Origin: Bacillota bacterium
GTDB lineage: Bacteria > Bacillota > Clostridia > DSM-8532
Assembly: GCA_022702935.2 (NCBI GenBank)
Contig: JAKIML020000053.1
Coordinates: forward strand, 1,245 to 65,244
Length of the DNA stretch: 64,000 nucleotides
Direction: 5' to 3'
A model generated the notes under the pieces. That model made no database searches. It saw only the letters and a program-made list of their open reading frames with translations, and was not told the origin of the DNA. This document shows, in pieces, positions 10,377 to 19,607 of the stretch. Position 1 is the stretch's first letter. The number at the start of each line of letters is the position of its first letter. Made by a program: the position numbers and the translations under genes.

Positions 10377-11457
10377 CACCAAGACCCTTGCGGGGCATAT
10401 GGCTCTGGATAATCTGCCCTATGAGCTTAAAAAGCGAGGGGCCAAAAGGCCCATGCTCATCACCCATAAGTCAGGAGAGGCTGTGCGGGGCTATAGGGCC
10501 CTTACCAAGGCCCTAAGCGGAACCGACATAATCATAGGCTGTCTCTATCTGGCCGATGAGGGAAAAGCTCAAGAAAATCACCTTTTGGAGGTGTTTGATG
10601 CCGGAAACTGCGATTCTATCATAGCTTTAGGGGGCCTATCTGTTTTCGAACTGGCCGGAAGGCTGAAGGCGCTTCTGATTCGTGAGAGGGATGAGGAGCG
10701 GCTGCTCTTAGGAAACGAGCATGTCAGAAGGGGGCAGTCCATCCCCTTAATCGCTGTTCCCATGGCCTATTCGGGGGTCGATATCTTAGGGGAACCCGAA
10801 CTGGTGGTGCTGGACCCGAGAATGACCATGGATCTGCCCTATAAGGATATCTTCCTCTGGGCGGTGGATACCCTGGCCCATGGAATAGAGGCCTATATCA
10901 GTCCGGGCAAAAATCCCTTAAGCGACAGTTTCGCATATTCGGCCCTGCGCCTGGTTAAAGAGAATCTGCCCAGAGCCATGCAGTGCCGAAGGGATAAAAA
11001 GGCACGGTACGGCCTTGCCCAGGCTGCGCTTTTGTCGGGTCTGGCGTATATGAATGCCCGGATAGGACCGGTTCACCTTTTGGCAAGGACTCTGGGGGAG
11101 GCTTGCCATATACCCTGGAAAGAGGCCCTGGTCATCCTGCTGCCCCACTATTTGGAGAACTATCGTGTCCAGTACGATGCCGAGTATGGGGAGCTCCTTC
11201 TGCCCCTGGCCGGACCAGAGATCTATGCCGACACCCCCAGCCATGAACGGGGCAGAAAAATGGTTCAGGTCTTACGCACCCTGCCCGACCAGTATGGGGA
11301 TAAATATGGCGGACCAAGATGCCTTTCTGCCTGCGGGCTTGCCCGCTCAGATATTGAAAAGGTCATGGCAGCTTTGCTGAAAAGCACTGAAACACTGCAT
11401 CTTTCCGAGGAAAGCATAAAGGAGGATTTCGTCAATATCCTTAACGCGGCTTTCTAG
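10336..11457 (+). CDS. Iron-containing alcohol dehydrogenase family protein (divergent motifs)
   Basis: About 373 aa from MLPLIPKYYEY. Fe-ADH architecture with the DTLAHGIEAY metal motif (DxxxH). The GGGS NAD motif reads GGLS, and the HxxxH motif reads HLLAR. Confidence 0.7.
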   Translation: MLPLIPKYYEYSNSTKTLAGHMALDNLPYELKKRGAKRPMLITHKSGEAVRGYRALTKALSGTDIIIGCLYLADEGKAQENHLLEVFDAGNCDSIIALGGLSVFELAGRLKALLIRERDEERLLLGNEHVRRGQSIPLIAVPMAYSGVDILGEPELVVLDPRMTMDLPYKDIFLWAVDTLAHGIEAYISPGKNPLSDSFAYSALRLVKENLPRAMQCRRDKKARYGLAQAALLSGLAYMNARIGPVHLLARTLGEACHIPWKEALVILLPHYLENYRVQYDAEYGELLLPLAGPEIYADTPSHERGRKMVQVLRTLPDQYGDKYGGPRCLSACGLARSDIEKVMAALLKSTETLHLSEESIKEDFVNILNAAF

Positions 11458-11560
11458 CTTAATGCTATTTACCTAGAGACAATTTTTACAAACCAAGATA
11501 TAATAAGGGGTAAGAAAGAACAATAATATTGTTGATGATAAGTAAGACGAAAGGTTTAGC

Positions 11561-13363
11561 ATGAATATCAGCGGTAGTATTGAAGGTTTGAAAAGCAGTA
11601 TGATTTCGGCCCTTGAGGCCCTTTATGACATGGAAATTCCCCAGGACAGGCTGTGGACCGAGGAGCTCGTCAATACCCTGGCCCATCTCTCGGGGACAAT
11701 GAATCGGGAGATAGCGATTTACATTGACCGGAAAGGCCGCATTACCGATGTCTGTGTCGGGGATTTTAAGACCGTCGATCTCAATGAAGTGGAAGGCCGC
11801 CGCAATAAAATGCGACTTTCAGGAATACGGTGCATTCATACCCATCCCAACGGTAGCGGCATGCTCTCCGCGGTGGATGTAAGCTCTTTAAAGCTTCTTA
11901 AGCTGGACATGATGGCCGCCATAGGGGTCTCTGAGCAAAAGCCAACCGAGATCTATGTGGCCGTTCCCTCCCCTGTATCGTTGGAGGATGTGGAGTATTT
12001 TGGTCCCTATAAGCCTGACAAAGAAGATTTCAGTGCCCTTTTGGAGTACATTGGCGAGGCCGATGAGTTTTTGCGCAAGCAGGCCGATAGTCTTGAAAAT
12101 TCGATAGAACGCGCCATTCTTGTGGGATTGAAAACCGGTGAGACCCGTGATATCCAGGGGGTCAGCGAAGCCGATATATCCATGATAGAGCTAAAGGAGC
12201 TGGCTCAAACCGCCGGTGCCCTGGTCATCCATCAGATCATGCAAAAGCGTGAAGGACGGGATGCGGCCTACCTTATCGGCAAGGGCAAAGTGGAGGAGCT
12301 TCGCATTCTGGCCCAGACCATGGAAGCCGATATTATCATCTTTGATGAGGACATATCTCCCTCACAGCAGCGGAATCTGGAAGAAGCCACCGGCGTCAAG
12401 GTCATTGACAGGACGGGCCTGATTCTGGATATCTTTGCGCAGCGGGCCAGAAGCCGGGAGGGCAAGATCCAGGTTGAACTGGCTCAGCTTCAGTACAACC
12501 TGCCAAGGCTGGGCGGTCAGGGATCGGTTCTGTCCCGTCTGGGCGGCGGCATTGGTACCCGGGGGCCGGGTGAAACCAAGCTGGAAACCGATAAACGCCA
12601 TATCCGAAGAAAGATCAACGCCCTTAAAGAGCAGCTTGAAGAAATAAAGAGGCAGAGAAGCATTCTCAGGGTCGAAAGAAAAAGGAACCGGGTTCCTGTG
12701 GTCTCGCTGGTGGGATACACCAATGCGGGAAAATCCCTGCTTTTAAACACTCTTTGCGGGGCCAATGTCTACTCTGAGAACAAGCTCTTTGCCACGCTGG
12801 ACACCACAACGCGCCAGCTTTTGGTGGAGGATAATGACATGATCCTTGTCACCGACACCGTCGGTTTTATCCGAAAGCTTCCCCATCAGCTTATGGATGC
12901 CTTTAAGTCCACTCTGGAAGAGGTGGTATATTCCGACGCGCTGGTGATTGTGGCCGATTCCTCCGATCCTTATGTGGAGGACCATATCCGTATTGTGGAC
13001 TGTATTCTGGCCGAGCTGGGAGCGGCTCAGAAGCCCACCATTATTGCCTATAACAAGATCGATAAGCCCGTTGAGGGTGAGCGGGCCAAGATCATCTCCG
13101 ACCGAAAGGTTATCGAGATATCGGCCAAAACCGGCCAGGGTCTGGATGAGCTAAAGGCCGCCCTGAAAAGCATTCTTTTTGAAAGCCGCGTCAGGGTTCG
13201 GCTTAAGATACCCTTCTCCGAAGGCTGGGTGCTTCCGTGGCTTTATGCCAACGGTAAGGTGCTGTCGGTGGACTATGATGAAAGTGCTTCATTGGTAGAG
13301 GCTGAGCTTGACACTGCTTCCAGTCAAAAGGTCAAGGACTTTATCGTCGCTGAGGATCCCTGA
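11561..13363 (+). CDS. hflX: GTPase HflX with about 170-aa N-terminal extension
   Basis: 600 aa. HflX N-domain GKIQVELAQLQYNLPRL; G1 GYTNAGKS, G3 DTVGF, G4 NKID. The extra N-terminal region carries IHTHPNGSGMLSAVD. Confidence 0.9.
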   Translation: MNISGSIEGLKSSMISALEALYDMEIPQDRLWTEELVNTLAHLSGTMNREIAIYIDRKGRITDVCVGDFKTVDLNEVEGRRNKMRLSGIRCIHTHPNGSGMLSAVDVSSLKLLKLDMMAAIGVSEQKPTEIYVAVPSPVSLEDVEYFGPYKPDKEDFSALLEYIGEADEFLRKQADSLENSIERAILVGLKTGETRDIQGVSEADISMIELKELAQTAGALVIHQIMQKREGRDAAYLIGKGKVEELRILAQTMEADIIIFDEDISPSQQRNLEEATGVKVIDRTGLILDIFAQRARSREGKIQVELAQLQYNLPRLGGQGSVLSRLGGGIGTRGPGETKLETDKRHIRRKINALKEQLEEIKRQRSILRVERKRNRVPVVSLVGYTNAGKSLLLNTLCGANVYSENKLFATLDTTTRQLLVEDNDMILVTDTVGFIRKLPHQLMDAFKSTLEEVVYSDALVIVADSSDPYVEDHIRIVDCILAELGAAQKPTIIAYNKIDKPVEGERAKIISDRKVIEISAKTGQGLDELKAALKSILFESRVRVRLKIPFSEGWVLPWLYANGKVLSVDYDESASLVEAELDTASSQKVKDFIVAEDP

Positions 13364-13874
13364 ATAGAGGGAGCTGGGGTGGATACCAGGTAAAGACGAG
13401 AAAGGCCGCGGTCATTGCAAGGATAAAGAGAATACTCACTTTGCGCCAACTGCTTAGATCCCGGGAGCTTTCCATGCATCGCATGAGAATATACTGGGAA
13501 ATGAGTGCCGCGATGAAAGCAATCATAAGATCCAAAAGAATAAAGCTGAAGCCAAGGGATGCGGAATACCCATAAAAGAGCATGGGCACCGACAGGATGA
13601 TGGAGAAAAGGCCCAGGGCCAGCCCTGTGAAGAAGTTTGGATTGCCCCTGTATTTTCTCAGATACAGATAGAGATCATAAAAAAGGGCCGAGAAGAAAAT
13701 GATCTTAATATGCTCCCAGGTGCTTTCGTTCACTGCCGCAATATAGGAAACCGGACGCAGCCCGGTCAGCTCATAAAGAAAATGGAGTGCGGAACTGAAT
13801 AAGAAAATCCAGGCGGTATCAAGCAGGAGTTCCTTTCTTCGACTGGGACTTTGGAGAAGGGAAAGACTGGTCAA
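13341..13874 (-). CDS. Small polytopic membrane protein (DUF6512-like)
   Basis: 177 aa with a TTG start and 5 hydrophobic helices. Its 3' end overlaps the hflX 3' end by 23 nt (convergent genes). Confidence 0.5.
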   Translation of the reverse strand: MTSLSLLQSPSRRKELLLDTAWIFLFSSALHFLYELTGLRPVSYIAAVNESTWEHIKIIFFSALFYDLYLYLRKYRGNPNFFTGLALGLFSIILSVPMLFYGYSASLGFSFILLDLMIAFIAALISQYILMRCMESSRDLSSWRKVSILFILAMTAAFLVFTWYPPQLPLFRDPQRR

Positions 13875-14014
13875 AGCGCACCATCCTCCTTGTTGTGCTT
13901 TACCTCTAGTCTATGTAGGAATGCATGCTTTTAGGCCGGACAACGTATATTTTATAAAGCGCAGAATCGGCTCAAACCGTGGTATTCGCCAGATTAATGA
14001 CAACAAAAGGCGTA

Positions 14015-14043
14015 TTGACACCCGATACCCCGTGATGTAGAAT
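14015..14043 (+). promoter_or_regulatory. Sigma-A promoter for tRNA-Leu
   Basis: TTGACA (14015-14020), a 17-nt spacer, then TAGAAT (14038-14043). It lies 15 nt upstream of the tRNA. Confidence 0.55.
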
Positions 14044-14058
14044 ATTTATGCTGTATGA

Positions 14059-14146
14059 GCTCGAGTGGTGGAACAGGCAGACACAACGGACTTAAAATCC
14101 GTCGGACTAACCATCCGTACCGGTTCGACTCCGGTCTCGAGCACCA
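14059..14146 (+). tRNA. tRNA-Leu (anticodon UAA), CCA encoded
   Basis: Acceptor GCTCGAG/CTCGAGC and anticodon arm ACGGA-CTTAAAA-TCCGT. It has a long variable arm, T-loop GGTTCGACTCC and a terminal ACCA. Confidence 0.9.
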
Positions 14147-14147
14147 G

Positions 14148-14190
14148 GAAAACCCCGATTGCATAAGGCTTTCGGGGTTTTCTGATTTTT
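14148..14190 (+). terminator. Rho-independent terminator after tRNA-Leu
   Basis: Hairpin GAAAACCCCGA...TCGGGGTTTTC followed by TGATTTTT. Confidence 0.75.
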
Positions 14191-14478
14191 GGGCTGCAAA
14201 TCAAAAGGTGACTTAAACGGTCACTGGACGGTCACACTAACTGGACAATAGAGAATGGTAAGGATCTGCTGACGGGATTATCCATCTTAAAGCAACATCA
14301 TCAACCAGGAGAGCCATAGGGCTCTTTTTCTGCTTCTATTAAACTACCTGTTCATGTCTCCATAAAATTCTTCCTGTAAAGCTCTATAATTTACATAAAA
14401 TATCTAACAGCAAGATAAATTGCAGGAATGTAAAACACATAGGCTTGAAATACTTCATAAGGGTATATATAATTATAT

Positions 14479-14526
14479 ACGCTATATATTGTTGTCCGAT
14501 TTACCGATACATACAATATATATTGG
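14479..14526 (+). promoter_or_regulatory. Tandem NrdR boxes upstream of nrdJ
   Basis: ACGCTATATATTGTTG (14479-14494) and ATACAATATATATTGG (14511-14526). By my count each matches the NrdR box consensus acaCwAtATaTwGtgt at 13 of 16 positions. Start-to-start spacing is 32 bp, about three helical turns. Confidence 0.6.
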
Positions 14527-14575
14527 ATAAACCCGCATAGGATAAAAGAATTTTACATAACGGAGGATAAAAACC

Positions 14576-16912
14576 ATGCTGCTTAACGATAATGCCATCA
14601 AAGTCCTTGAGAAAAGATACCTGATCCGTGATAAGGATGGAAATGTACTTGAAACCCCTGAAGAAATGTTCAGAAGAGTTGCCAGAACGGTGGCAGCCGC
14701 CGACAAGGACTTTGTGTCTGAAGAGGAGCTACAGGCCATTGAGCAGAGCTTCTACGATATGATGACCAATCTTGAGTTTCTGCCCAATTCCCCCACGCTG
14801 ATGAATGCGGGAAGGCCCTTAGGCCAGCTTTCAGCCTGCTTTGTGCTCCCCGTGGAAGACAGCATGGAAGGCATCTTCGACAGTGTGAAAAACGCTGCGC
14901 TTATTCATAAAAGCGGCGGCGGAACGGGCTTTTCCTTTAACAGGCTTCGTCCCAAAGGCTCCGCAGTCAACTCCACCGGGGGTGTGGCCAGCGGTCCCGT
15001 AAGCTTCATGAAGGTTTTCAATGCTGCAACAGAGGCCGTCAAGCAGGGCGGAACCCGTCGCGGCGCCAATATGGGTATCCTCCGTGTAGACCATCCCGAT
15101 ATTCTCGAGTTCATTACCTGTAAGCAGGATAATGCCGATATTACCAACTTCAATATCAGTGTGGCCCTTACCGAGAGCTTTATGGAAGCTGTGGAACAGG
15201 ACAAGGACTATGATCTGATAGACCCACGGACCGGAGAGATTCGTGGAAGCCTCAATGCCCGTGAAGTCTTTAATAAGATGGTGCAGATGGCCTGGAAGAA
15301 CGGTGAGCCCGGCATTGTCTTTATTGATCGTATTAACCGTGACAATGTGACGCCCCTTCTGGGAGAGATTGAAAGCACCAACCCCTGCGGTGAGCAGCCC
15401 CTCTTACCCTACGAGGCCTGTAACTTAGGCTCCATTAACCTAAGCCTCATGGTTAAGGAAGGGGAAAATGGCCTTGAAGTCGATTATGACAGGCTGCGCG
15501 AGGTAGTTCATAAGGCTGTTCATTTCCTGGACAATGTTATTGATGTGAATAACTACCCCCTTCCTGAGATCGACAGAATGACCCGCGGCACCCGCAAAAT
15601 AGGGCTGGGTGTTATGGGCTGGGCCGACCTGCTCTTAAGGCTGGGCATCCCCTATGATTCGGGTGAAGCTGAAAGACTTGCCCAAGAGGTCATGGGCTTT
15701 ATTGACTTTGAATCCAAGCAAAAGAGTGAGGAAATCGCCAAGGTTAAAGGTGTTTTCCCCATGTATGACAAGAGCATCTACGCCCAGACAGGCCGGAAGA
15801 TGAGAAATGCCACCACAACCACCATCGCCCCCACTGGCACCTTAAGCATTATTGCCGGTGTCTCCAGCGGCATTGAGCCCTTGTTTGCCATAACCTTCAT
15901 TAAATACGTTATGGACGGCACCGAGCTGGTGGAAGTAAATCCGCACTTTAAAAAGGCAGCCGTTGAGGGAGGTTTCTACTCCGATGAGCTTATGAGGACC
16001 ATTGCCCAAAAGGGCTCTCTGCACGATATCGCTCAGATTCCCGAGGAGATTCGCCAGGTCTTTGTAACCTCCCATGATATCTCCCCTGAATGGCATGTCA
16101 AGATGCAGGCTGCCTTCCAGAACCATACCGACAATGCGGTTTCCAAGACTGTTAACTTAAGAAATGAAGCCACTCTTGAGGATGTGGCCGAGGTCTTCCA
16201 GTTGGCCTATCGCACCGGATGCAAGGGTGTAACCATTTACCGTGACGGCAGCCGTGATATGCAGGTACTGAATATCGGAAGCGTCAAGGGCAAGGAAGAG
16301 CCAGCAAAGAACACTGGTATGTCTCCTAGGGAAGAAGCCTGTGAGGATTGTGCTGTAGCCTGTGAATTCAGATCCAATATTACGCCAAGACCCCGTCCTG
16401 AGATCACCACCGGCTTTACTGAAAAGGTGAAGATTGGCTGCGGCAACCTGTATGTGACTGTCAATTACGATGAGAACGGCATCTGTGAGGTCTTTACCAA
16501 CACGGGCCGTGCCGGAGGCTGTCCCTCCCAGTCCGAGGCCACCAGCCGCTTAGTTTCTATTGCACTTCGCGCCGGCATTGATGAGAAGGCCATTGTGGAA
16601 CAGCTTAAGGGTATCCGCTGTCCTTCCACCATTCGTCAGAAGGGCCTGAAGGTACTGTCCTGTCCCGATGCCATTGGCCGACTCATTGAGAAGGTTATGA
16701 ACCATAGAAATGGAAACGGGGAGGCCTTTAAAGCCGCACCTGTGGCCGCCACCCAGGTAGTTCCCAGACCTACCGCCAGAACCTTTGATCCCGACACTAA
16801 AAAAGCGGGAGCTGATGATAAGAACGGGCTGTGCCCCGAATGCGGAAGCGTAGTGGAGCATGAGGGCGGATGCATGGTTTGCAGAAATTGTGGATACTCT
16901 AAGTGTGGATGA
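14576..16912 (+). CDS. nrdJ: Adenosylcobalamin-dependent ribonucleoside-triphosphate/diphosphate reductase (class II)
   Basis: 778 aa: LPNSPTLMNAG, SACFVLP, HKSGGGTGFSF, STNPCGEQPL, the TSCPD-type domain (LSCPDAIG) and a terminal CPECG...CRNCG zinc ribbon. Confidence 0.95.
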   Translation: MLLNDNAIKVLEKRYLIRDKDGNVLETPEEMFRRVARTVAAADKDFVSEEELQAIEQSFYDMMTNLEFLPNSPTLMNAGRPLGQLSACFVLPVEDSMEGIFDSVKNAALIHKSGGGTGFSFNRLRPKGSAVNSTGGVASGPVSFMKVFNAATEAVKQGGTRRGANMGILRVDHPDILEFITCKQDNADITNFNISVALTESFMEAVEQDKDYDLIDPRTGEIRGSLNAREVFNKMVQMAWKNGEPGIVFIDRINRDNVTPLLGEIESTNPCGEQPLLPYEACNLGSINLSLMVKEGENGLEVDYDRLREVVHKAVHFLDNVIDVNNYPLPEIDRMTRGTRKIGLGVMGWADLLLRLGIPYDSGEAERLAQEVMGFIDFESKQKSEEIAKVKGVFPMYDKSIYAQTGRKMRNATTTTIAPTGTLSIIAGVSSGIEPLFAITFIKYVMDGTELVEVNPHFKKAAVEGGFYSDELMRTIAQKGSLHDIAQIPEEIRQVFVTSHDISPEWHVKMQAAFQNHTDNAVSKTVNLRNEATLEDVAEVFQLAYRTGCKGVTIYRDGSRDMQVLNIGSVKGKEEPAKNTGMSPREEACEDCAVACEFRSNITPRPRPEITTGFTEKVKIGCGNLYVTVNYDENGICEVFTNTGRAGGCPSQSEATSRLVSIALRAGIDEKAIVEQLKGIRCPSTIRQKGLKVLSCPDAIGRLIEKVMNHRNGNGEAFKAAPVAATQVVPRPTARTFDPDTKKAGADDKNGLCPECGSVVEHEGGCMVCRNCGYSKCG

Positions 16913-16952
16913 TGAGAAATACGCATCTCCAATCATGATGAAAATTCTTTCA

Positions 16953-16990
16953 AAGAAGAAGGTCAGCTCAAGGGCTGACCTTCTTCTGCT
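16953..16990. terminator. Bidirectional terminator between nrdJ and the GH43 gene
   Basis: Hairpin AAGAAGAAGGTCAGC-TCAAGG-GCTGACCTTCTTCT between convergent genes. Confidence 0.6.
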
Positions 16991-17020
16991 GCTGGGGATA
17001 CTTTATCTGCGCGATTAAGC

Positions 17021-18538
17021 TCATTCGCTGAACTGATAGTCGAACCAGTCGAAGTATGCGGGAGCCGAGCATCTCTTCCCGTTACCGGTGGCATATAGCG
17101 CAATATAGTTGCCGGTAAATCGCCCGCCCACCTCGGTGGACAAATAGTGGACCTCTCCCTGGCCAACATATACAACCTGGCCCTGTGAGTTCCTATAGCC
17201 AAATCGATACCGCTGAGGGGATGCCTCAAGCTCGAAGATGACCCATTCCCTGTCATAATCAACGCAATTCTCCACCTTCCATAAAGAACCGATTCTTCTC
17301 CGGAACAGAATTTTGGTGCTGTTTTCAATCCGTGTCAGGGCGATTTCATAATGGTGGTCATTGTTGAGATAGATGCTTAAGCCTGCCTCCTCGCCGTTTT
17401 CTGCCGGGCTGAAGGTCAGATGGGTGGAAACTTTGCATGCCATATGCTGCTGTCTTCGGCCAACCCAGGCCAGGGTTTCCTTGTCGCTCAGATTGGCGGC
17501 ACTTCCCCTTAAGGTGAGGTATCCCTTTCTTTCAGTCAGGGACCACAGGCTGTTATCAGGGTTAAAGAGAAAGTTCCAGCACAGGTCCAGCTTGTCCCCG
17601 TCAAAATCATCACGCACAGGTTTTTGCGGGAAGGGATGCTGGGGTAGAAGATCTGCTTCCATCACAAGGTCTACCGAGCCATTCTTTCCAAACAGGGGCC
17701 ACCCCTCTTTATCCCAGGAAACAGGAACCAGGAAGGTCTCCCGTCCCAGGTGGTGTCTGTCAGGATAGGGGACGGGGCGGATACCCAGGCATACGGCCCA
17801 CCATTTTCCGTCGTGGGCGTGGACCAGGTCCGCATGCCCAATGGCTCTGACAGGCAAGGGCAGGCTCCGGTTGGTCAGCACGGGATTTCGGGGACAGGGC
17901 TCATAGGGCCCATCAATCCATTTACTTCTAGCCACTGTTACCATATGGCACTGCGCCGTCCCTCCTTCGGAAATGAATAGATAATAGTAATCTCCGATCT
18001 TATAGATATGGGGGCCTTCGGGGTCCGCACCTCCGGTGCCGCTCCAGATATCCTTCCGCTTACTTAAAAGCTTTCCGGTTTCTATATCAATCTCACATAG
18101 GAAGATGTTTTGGCTTGTTCCCGTATAGTAAACACGACCGTCATCATTAAAAAAGAGGGAAGGGTCGATCCCCGGAAGATCAATCCATACTGGATCAGAC
18201 CACTCCCCGAAGGGGTCATGCGTCCAGACAAAGAAATTTCCGCCCCTGTCATTGCCATCGGTTACATTGGTGGTTATCACATAGAACCGTCCGTTATGAT
18301 AACGTATGGTGGGGGCGAAGATGCCCATACAGTTAGGAGCGGTTTTTGATAAAGCAATCTGACTGTTTCGAGTGAGGCAGTGGCCAATCTGTTCCCAGTG
18401 AACCAGGTCCTTGCTGTGAAACACAGGAATGCCCGGAAAATATTCAAAGGAGCTGGTGACTAAGAAATAGTCCTCGCCAACCCGACATATGCTGGGATCA
18501 GGGTGAAACCCTGGGATAATAGGGTTTCTGTAAAGCAT
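17021..18538 (-). CDS. Glycoside hydrolase family 43 (beta-xylosidase/alpha-L-arabinofuranosidase type) with C-terminal beta-sandwich
   Basis: 505 aa. The N-terminus NPIIPGFHPDPSICRVGEDYFLVTSSFEYFPGIPVFHSKDLVHW is a hallmark of GH43 XynB-like enzymes. Confidence 0.9.
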   Translation of the reverse strand: MLYRNPIIPGFHPDPSICRVGEDYFLVTSSFEYFPGIPVFHSKDLVHWEQIGHCLTRNSQIALSKTAPNCMGIFAPTIRYHNGRFYVITTNVTDGNDRGGNFFVWTHDPFGEWSDPVWIDLPGIDPSLFFNDDGRVYYTGTSQNIFLCEIDIETGKLLSKRKDIWSGTGGADPEGPHIYKIGDYYYLFISEGGTAQCHMVTVARSKWIDGPYEPCPRNPVLTNRSLPLPVRAIGHADLVHAHDGKWWAVCLGIRPVPYPDRHHLGRETFLVPVSWDKEGWPLFGKNGSVDLVMEADLLPQHPFPQKPVRDDFDGDKLDLCWNFLFNPDNSLWSLTERKGYLTLRGSAANLSDKETLAWVGRRQQHMACKVSTHLTFSPAENGEEAGLSIYLNNDHHYEIALTRIENSTKILFRRRIGSLWKVENCVDYDREWVIFELEASPQRYRFGYRNSQGQVVYVGQGEVHYLSTEVGGRFTGNYIALYATGNGKRCSAPAYFDWFDYQFSE

Positions 18539-18683
18539 GGCGTACCCTCACATCATAAAATGTTATCTTTATCATACCTTTTGCAGATATTTTGTCCCAG
18601 TGTAAAAATTAGACGCTATTTCATGTAAAATTTTTTGCATTTATCTGCAGCAATTGTGTGGATCAACTTTGTGAAAGTCCTTC

Positions 18684-19595
18684 CTAATCCTGAGCCAGGA
18701 CCTTTTTCACGACTTCCTCCAGGCTCGCTTCAGGACCCTGGGCTTTTAATAATGGGGCAAAAAGATCCCCGGTCTGTTCCAAGCGCTTCAGAGCGTTGTT
18801 CAGCGTGAAATCTCCAGGAACAATGCCTTTGCGGACCTCTTCCCAGGTTACGGGCATGGAAACGGTGGCTTCCCTGGTGGCCCGGGGAGAATAAACCATG
18901 GTAATGGTCTTGCCCTGCCACATCTGAAGATAGTCAAAATAGAGCTTAGTGCCCCGTTTGTCCACCATGCGCTCCAGAGTGATTTTCTTGGGGTACTTCT
19001 GCGCAAAATAGAGCCCAAAGAACTCATTGATTTTTCTGGCTGTCCCATAGGGATACTTTCCGCCGACAGGGATATAAAGCTGCATGCCGGTGGCTCCTGA
19101 GGTCTTGATATAGCTTGTAATGGAAAGGGCATCCAGTGTTTCCTTCACCAGAAGGGCTACCTCGGCCACATCTTCAAAGGTCTGCCCCTCGGAGGGGTCC
19201 AGGTCAAAGACAATGGCGGTGGGGTAATCCTCCCTGTCATAGGTATTAAAAGAGGTATGGAACTCCAGGGAGGCCAGATTGACCAGCCAGCACAGGGTGG
19301 GCAGGGAATCTAAAAGGGCGTACTCGATATCATTCCACCTATGGCGGTTTATCCATGAAGGGGCATGATCAGGCAGATTTTTGGCAAAGAAGGATTTCCC
19401 ATGGATGCCGTGGGGATAGCGAATGGTGGTGAGCAAGCGATTGTGAGCATGGGGGAGTATATAGGGAAAAAGCTCAATCATCCGGGTAAGATAATCAATT
19501 TTTCGTATGCCCGCTTCGGGCCAGAGCGGCTTTTCGGGGTTGGACAGCTTAATCTTCCTTCCCTCTATGGTGATAGTTTCATAGGTTTTAACCAT
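18684..19595 (-). CDS. ligD: NHEJ DNA polymerase/primase (LigD polymerase domain as stand-alone protein)
   Basis: 303 aa. LSNPEKPLWPEAGIRKIDY, RYPHGIHGKSFFAKN, FDLDP and SGATGMQLYIP are typical of LigD-Pol (archaeo-eukaryotic primase fold). Confidence 0.85.
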   Translation of the reverse strand: MVKTYETITIEGRKIKLSNPEKPLWPEAGIRKIDYLTRMIELFPYILPHAHNRLLTTIRYPHGIHGKSFFAKNLPDHAPSWINRHRWNDIEYALLDSLPTLCWLVNLASLEFHTSFNTYDREDYPTAIVFDLDPSEGQTFEDVAEVALLVKETLDALSITSYIKTSGATGMQLYIPVGGKYPYGTARKINEFFGLYFAQKYPKKITLERMVDKRGTKLYFDYLQMWQGKTITMVYSPRATREATVSMPVTWEEVRKGIVPGDFTLNNALKRLEQTGDLFAPLLKAQGPEASLEEVVKKVLAQD

Positions 19596-19607
19596 GGAGG
19601 ACCCTCC

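Noticed and set aside
14190-14575. A cobalamin riboswitch might lie upstream of the B12-dependent nrdJ, and likewise upstream of cbiM at 37800-37948.
   Set aside because: I could not find a B12-box-like core or the expected multi-helix junction of about 200 nt. The nrdJ upstream region instead carries NrdR boxes. An Rfam scan would be needed to be certain.
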